NCBI GenBank assembly: GCA_963708045.1
Contig: OY970181.1
Coordinates: 1,127,443 to 1,188,223, forward strand
Reading direction: 5' to 3'
DNA: 60,781 nucleotides
DNA from: an uncultured bacterium
GTDB taxonomy: Bacteria > Patescibacteriota > Patescibacteriia > CAIQCM01
Below, one piece after another: positions 55,265 to 60,781 of this stretch. The notes below the pieces were generated by a model. The model saw only the letters and a program-made list of their open reading frames with translations. It was not told the DNA's origin and did not search any database. A program made the position numbers and the translations under genes. Every line of letters begins with the position of its first letter. Position 1 is the first letter of the stretch.

Positions 55265-55972
55265 TTAATTTATTCTGATTCTGTGTTCTTTTAAGAAATC
55301 TAGAACTAAAGAACTTTTTATTACAACCGCATTTTCTACAATTATTTTTCTTCCACCCACCCCTTCGCTTACTCGAGGAGAGGTAACAGACCCCTGAATC
55401 CCTAACACCATTCCTCCTGTATTAAAAACGGGGCCGCCGCTCATACCAAAAAGACCAATATCCCTAACTAGAAAACCATCATGAGTTCTGTTTTTACCTT
55501 GACCATTATCTGATAGCGATTTCGTATAATCTAAAACAAATGAAGGTTGAAAATATCTTCTTACTCCATTCAACACAATTCCGCCTTGTGAATTTTTAGT
55601 AATTTGAGCGAGGGGGTATCCACCGATACACACAGTTCGTCCGATATCAGGGATTGTTTTTGAAAGGCTCACAAAATCGGGTGTATTCTTTTTAATTTTC
55701 CCAATGAAAATGTCATTATCATCATCTCTCGCCATCTCTTCAATTTCAATATGTGGTTGCTCGATGTTTTCTGGAAGTTTGCCAAAATAATAAAATTTTG
55801 TTTTATCTATTTTATTATCAAAAACATGAGCGACAGATATAAAATTTCCATTAGAACTTATAAAAAAACCAGTTCCGACAACATTTATTCTAATTTGATT
55901 TTGCTCTATCTGATCTACCCTAAAAATAGGAAACATCGCCTTCTTAATATTTTTAATAGAAAATGCGAACAT
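55265..55972 (-). CDS. Trypsin-like serine protease (Trypsin_2-type)
   Basis: Catalytic triad: SVAHVF (His), DIFIGK (Asp), GMSGGPVF (Ser). Confidence 0.85.
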   Translation of the reverse strand: MFAFSIKNIKKAMFPIFRVDQIEQNQIRINVVGTGFFISSNGNFISVAHVFDNKIDKTKFYYFGKLPENIEQPHIEIEEMARDDDNDIFIGKIKKNTPDFVSLSKTIPDIGRTVCIGGYPLAQITKNSQGGIVLNGVRRYFQPSFVLDYTKSLSDNGQGKNRTHDGFLVRDIGLFGMSGGPVFNTGGMVLGIQGSVTSPRVSEGVGGRKIIVENAVVIKSSLVLDFLKEHRIRIN

Positions 55973-56037
55973 ATTATATGTGTCGTGTTTTTATTATGTG
56001 GATAATTTAATTCATTTTCGGGAAATTTTCGGGTATA

Positions 56038-56046
56038 TGCTATAAT
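56038..56046 (+). promoter_or_regulatory. Extended -10 promoter for the LexA-MTase gene
   Basis: TGcTATAAT; preceded by the direct repeat ttttcggg x2 at 56015-56033. Confidence 0.45.
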
Positions 56047-56084
56047 ATGTATAAAGTATAATCCTTCGGCAAATCCAGTCAACA

Positions 56085-56960
56085 ATGACACCAACGCTCA
56101 CCAAAAAACAAAAAAAGGTTTTTGACTTTATCAGCTCCTACCAAGATAAACACGGCATCTCCCCTACTATAGAAGAAATGGGGCGGCATTTTAGGCGCGC
56201 GGTGGGGACGATTCACGAACACATCTCTATTCTTGTTGCTAAAGGATTTATCAAAAAAAATAATTCCGCCCGCGGCATTCAAATAAACACCAAAGACAAA
56301 CTCGTCAAAATACCGCTTATGGGAACAGTCGCTGCCGGGTGGCCCATTGGGGTAATCCAAGAAAAAGAAACGAATGTCATTTCTAATAGCAAAATTCTTG
56401 ACGAGATATTAAAGCCAAAAGATGTTAAGCGAAGTCGCGATTTGCCTTTAAACCAAATTATTTTAAACGACGCTGTCGCCGAACTGCGCAAACTCCCTAG
56501 CGAAAGTTGTGACGTCATTATTATTGATCCGCCTTACAACATTGGCAAAGATTTTGGTAACAATCTTGATAAACGAGAGTTGGATGAATATGTTCGTTGG
56601 TCCAAAAGCTGGATTAACGAAGCAATCCGAATTTTAAAACCGACTGGCACGATGTTTATTTACGGCTTTAGTGAAATTCTGGCGCACCTTTCTGTTGAAA
56701 TTCCTATTAACAAGCGCTGGCTTATTTGGCACTACACAAATAAAAACGTTGCGTCGTTAAATTTTTGGCAACGAAGCCACGAATCTATAATCTGCGCTTG
56801 GAAAAACAAGCCGCTCTTTAATCGCGACGAAGTGCGCGAGCCATACACCGAAGGCTTTTTAAACGGTGCCGCCGGAAAAGTCCGCAAGGGAACGGTTGGC
56901 CGATACAGCAAGAATGGCCAAGAAACAATAACCTGGGACAGGGTGAGCACGCCTCGGTAG
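56085..56960 (+). CDS. LexA-type winged-helix DNA-binding domain fused to a beta-class DNA methyltransferase; 3' end lost at a sequence junction near 56,930
   Basis: LTKKQ..VFDFI..Y...HG.SPTIEE + IPLMGTVAAG, then IIIDPPYNIGKDF; MTase motif I is absent and the reading drifts into high-GC DNA after ...QETIT. Confidence 0.8.
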   Translation: MTPTLTKKQKKVFDFISSYQDKHGISPTIEEMGRHFRRAVGTIHEHISILVAKGFIKKNNSARGIQINTKDKLVKIPLMGTVAAGWPIGVIQEKETNVISNSKILDEILKPKDVKRSRDLPLNQIILNDAVAELRKLPSESCDVIIIDPPYNIGKDFGNNLDKRELDEYVRWSKSWINEAIRILKPTGTMFIYGFSEILAHLSVEIPINKRWLIWHYTNKNVASLNFWQRSHESIICAWKNKPLFNRDEVREPYTEGFLNGAAGKVRKGTVGRYSKNGQETITWDRVSTPR

Positions 56961-57360
56961 TGAACGTTCGAATCCGGGGCCGCGGCAAGGGCTATGCCGC
57001 AGGCGATATTTTGCAATTCAAACCGGGCGGTGCGGCGGGTAAAGTGGCCGCCGTGGGTCCCGCAGGCGGAATACTCGCCATTCGCCTGATCGCCGGCGGT
57101 GATGGTTATGCGCCATTGACGCCGGTTACGGTGAAATCCGCTAGAGGCTCTGGCGCCAATCTTGTGGCCATGACGGATCGGTTTTTCTGTCACGGCCTTA
57201 CAGCAGCAAGTGGGTCGCCAAGTTTGCCAGGGATTCCCTGCTGTACTGGAAGTGCATGGGCTCACGCCGGGACGGGCGCACCGACGCGCAATACAACAAC
57301 GATATTGATTTCGGCGCTGCACATCCATCGGGGGCGACTCCTGCAGAGTGCGGGGTGATC
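56935..57360 (+). other. Unrelated high-GC fragment encoding Gly-rich GxGY repeats (phage structural protein-like)
   Basis: GKGYAAGD..GGDGYAP..GSGANL; abrupt compositional change; no start context. Confidence 0.3.
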
Positions 57361-57413
57361 GGGCGCTGGATTGACACTGGAATACAGAACTAACGAAACA
57401 TTGGAGTTGAGTA

Positions 57414-58876
57414 ATGGAAGAGTATGACGTCTGCGTAATCGGCGCCGGATTTGGCGGCGCCTCTGTGGCGGCGCTGCTGGCGAAAAGCGGCAAGAAAGTC
57501 GCGCTGCTGGAGAAAACCGCGCGCGCCGGCGGTAAAACCCAGACCACGGAGCGCAAGGGCTATCGCTTCGAGATGTTCGGCGCCGTGGGCATTCCCGCCT
57601 ACAATTCCCGCTTTCACGAACTGGTGGACACGCTGGGCATCGCCGAGCGCACGCCGTTTGTCGTGCCCGAGGGTAACGCCGCGTCGATGCGCTACCTGAA
57701 CAGGGACGGCCAGTGGAAGGTCAGTTACAACCCGCTGATGGCGACCGGCTCGGAGCAGGAAATGACGACCATGAAGGAGACCTTCGGGGTGACCGATGCG
57801 GAGCTGGAAGCGCTTGGGCGCGTTTTACGGCGAGATTCTCAGTTTGGGCGACGCGGACATCAACGCGCTGGATGACACCGGCGCCTACGCCTGGATGGCG
57901 CGCTTCAACCTGGCCACGCCGCTGGTGAGCCAGATCTGCATGAACCTGAACACGCTGTTCGTGGTCGCGGTGGACCGGCTGCCGGCGTCGGAAATGATTT
58001 TCGCGCTGCGCGACCAGGTGCTCGGCGGCGCCGGCCGTTACCATATCGGCGGCTACGGCCGCGTGGCCGAAGTGTGCGCGGACTATGTGGTGGAACACGG
58101 CGGCCTGTACCTGACCAAGACCCGCGTGCAGAAAATCCTGGTGGAGGACGGTCGCGCCGTCGGCGTGCGGGTCGACGGGCGCGACATTCGCGCGCGCGCC
58201 GTGATTTCCAATGCCGGCATCCAGCCGACGGTGCTGCAACTGGCGGGCGCCGAACATTTTCCCGCAGAGTATGTCGCGCGCGTCACCGCGCTGGAGCCGA
58301 GCTGGGCGATCTGCGGTTTCCGCTATGTGCTGGACAAGCGCATTTTCGATGCCGCCCTGATTCCGGTGTTTTCCGACGAAAGCTGGCTGAACGAGCAGCG
58401 CTACCAGGACATGCTGCAGCGGCAAGTGGCCCAACGTGCCGCTGATCGCCATCGATGTGCCGTCGGAGTTCGATCCGGGCCTGTCGGATATTCCCGGCCA
58501 CCAACTGGCGAACTGCCAGGTGTTCATGCCGGCGGACACCGAGTCGGCGCTGGTGGATGAGGCGATCGCGCGCTGCGAGGCGGTGATCGACGAGCTGTGG
58601 CCAGAGCTGAAGAACCACATCGTGCGCAAGGAGCCCTACGGCGCGAAACAGATTTCCAGCATGAGCCGCGACGTGGCGGTACCGGGCTGCGGCGGCGAGG
58701 CCGTGGGCATCGCGCAGGTGGTGGGGCAGTGCGGCAGCAGCAAACCGGATGCGCGCACACCGCTGCCCGGCCTGTACATCGTCGGTTGCGACGCCGGTGG
58801 GCGCGGCGCCGGCACGCACCAGGCGGTGGATTCGGGCTTCAATGTGGCGGCGATGGTGGAGCAGGATCTGGCCTGA
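57414..58876 (+). pseudogene. Phytoene desaturase-like FAD-dependent oxidoreductase split by two single-base frameshifts (foreign high-GC fragment)
   Basis: VIGAGFGG...LEK..RAGGK Rossmann motif; frames join at ~57,817 (ELEALG/AFYGEIL) and ~58,420 (DMLQ/GKWPNVP); C-terminal LPGLYIVGCDAGGRG.G...A..SG. Confidence 0.7.
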
Positions 58877-58960
58877 TGCAGAGCGAGTTCCAGTACCAGT
58901 TGTAATAATCAACCTCTGATCATCCGGTTCCAACAGGGCTGACGACGCACACTCTGGCAG

Positions 58961-59385
58961 CTATTTTTCAGTACCCACTTGCGTGTTCCGGCAGTTATTC
59001 TTGTCCTTGGTCATAGCGTCTTTTATAGCTTGAACCCATTCGCGGCGTTTACGTTCGGTGAGCTTCTGTTCACGCATATACTCATCTACTACATTCTGGT
59101 TCGCGCGGTTGACAAAGACATTTAGTACAGGGTCATGAGTTCTTTGCATCTCGCCTTCCAGTGCAGATTGAAGGTCCTTAATTTCCTTTTTATATGAAGG
59201 ATCAGCGATTAAATTGACAAGGCAATTAGGGTCATTCTGGATATCGTAAAACTCTTCAATGACGCGATGTTGTAACAATCTCATCCTTTGGGCAAGTTTC
59301 TCATCCTCCTTGGCAAGCTCCACCATTCGCTTGTAAGTGTTGGTGTTGAAGGATGCAGACTCCATGCCTCGCTTGCTGCCGCCGC
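58961..59385 (-). other. C-terminal fragment of a sulfatase-like protein (foreign)
   Basis: EEFYDIQNDPNCLVNLIADPSY..EIKDLQ..L...M..T.DP is a typical sulfatase C-terminus; lower GC than the flanks; no N-terminus. Confidence 0.55.
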
Positions 59386-60781
59386 CTGAACCGTCGGCAA
59401 GATCGAGTTGCCGCTGTAGTCGAAGACCAGCTTGCCACTGACGACGTCGGCGCCCCCGCCCAGCGTGAGCACCGGCCCCCGCACCGACGCCCAACTCCAA
59501 GACACCGCCGTTGACCGTCGTCAGCCCCGTGTAGGAGTTGGCGCCACTGAGGATGAGCGTGCCGAGGCCGAGCTTGGTCACTCCGCCGTCGCGATTGCTG
59601 CCGCCATGCGCCAGAACCACGCCGATGCCCGCATTGCAACCGTTCGTGTCGAGGCGGGCGCCGCCCTCCTTGATTTGGACGTTGCCGCTTTCGTTGCTCG
59701 TTATCCACGCGTTATTGGTCGCGAGGGCCTTGAGGGTACCGCAGTCGATAGTGACGCTAGCGCCGGAACTGGACATACGACTGCTCGTGCGAGGACGGTG
59801 CCGCCGCTAATGATGTTCAGTGTCCCGCGGCCACCGTTGCCGACAGAGAGATCGCCGCTGTTGCTCCATGTTGAACCGCTTCCGTCACCGTCGCCGTGCC
59901 GCTGCCCCCGGAAACGTAGCCGAGGTAGCCAACGCTGTTGCTGACGCTGCCGCCGCTAGTGATGGTCAGCACCCCGCTGCCGCTGGAGCCGACAACGAGG
60001 TAGCTGCTGTTGCTCCACGTTGATCCGCTTCCCGTCACCGTCGCTGTGCCGCTCGCTCTAGCATTGCAGCCGATGTAGCCGGAGTTGCTCGTGACGCTGC
60101 CGCCATTGCTGATGTTCAGCGCCCGCTGCTGCCACCGGAGGTGGCATAACCGTAGCCGATATCGAGGTCGGCGCTGTTGTGGAGGTTGCCGCCGTTGGTG
60201 ACATTCAGCGTCCCGGTGCCGTAGGAGCCGACATAGAAGGTGCTGCTGTTGTTCCACGTCGAACCGCTTCCCGTCACCGTCGCCGTGCCGCTGCACCCCA
60301 TAGCTGCGGCCGATGTCGCCGTACTGCGAGTACACCGTGGCCCCGTTCTGAATCGTCAACGAGCCATTGCCGTTGTAGCCTGCGCCAAGGCTGCCATTGC
60401 CGCTTGTGGCCCGCAAGTCCACTGTCATGGTGCCCGCCGCGCCGAACGCAACCGTGGTCATTCCCGTGCCGTCGAATGTCAAACTCCCGTCGCTCACCAT
60501 CCCGCGGGTGTTTAGGACGCCGGTGCCCGTCAGGTCGCTTGCCCGCGCGTACAACGACTTGGTCGTCAGCGTCCCGCCCCCGGCGCCGAAGGCAATCAAC
60601 CCGGCGGAACCCGTGGTCCACGCAACGTAGGTCCCGACACCGACTGAGACGCTGCCGCCGCCCGCGAGGTTCAGCGTCCCGCTGCCGCCGTAGGCGCCCT
60701 GAAAGTCACTGCCGCCGATATAGAGGTTGCTGCCGTTGCTCCACGTCGAACCGCTTCCCGTTACTGTCGCCGTGCCGCCCC
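59386..60781 (-). other. Frameshifted fragment of an autotransporter-associated beta-strand-repeat protein (foreign, high GC)
   Basis: Repeated GTATVTGSGSTW.NSS.L.VG..G.G.L.I..GG.V units and GG.TKLGLGTLILSGANSYTG.TTV.GGVL; several frame switches. Confidence 0.7.

Noticed and set aside
58961-59776. 271-aa ORF as an autotransporter-sulfatase fusion protein
   Set aside because: The frame crosses a compositional junction near 59,385 in a chimeric-looking region; most likely an artefactual join.

Overview
Positions 1 to ~56,930 look like a Patescibacteria (CPR, probably Parcubacteria) chromosome segment; this taxonomy is inferred from the CPR-type pilin-fused giant proteins and gene content. The core backbone carries ssrA-smpB, a beta-CASP RNase, pyk, htrA, nrdR, ftsZ-ftsA, dgkA, ybeY, yqeY, rpsU, hisS, lepB, tRNA-Val(CAC), an LCP protein, der, pth, dprA and topA. 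A tightly coupled surface-protein operon (a 625-aa and a ~3,240-aa pilin-domain protein plus three single-TM Ca-binding-repeat proteins) runs directly into ybeY-dgkA-ftsA. The ssrA 3' end is an integration hotspot with layered accessory DNA. First is a ~4.1-kb tyrosine-integrase element with att repeats, arm-type sites and a candidate ncRNA. Next come a serine-recombinase scar and a fused restriction-modification gene with a frameshift and a nonsense-mutated controller. Last is a 1.5-kb cassette between 24-bp direct repeats. A second AT-rich defence block (51.4-56.9 kb) has an NlaIII/IceA1-like R-M system, a second MTase, a trypsin-like protease and a LexA-DNA-binding-domain/MTase fusion. Many core intergenic spacers contain 7-nt-period tandem repeats from several sequence families, often arranged as long inverted arms, and several REP-like palindromes are also present. 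The last ~3.85 kb is a patchwork of unrelated, frameshifted, mostly high-GC fragments and is most likely a chimeric assembly end. No CRISPR array or rRNA was found.
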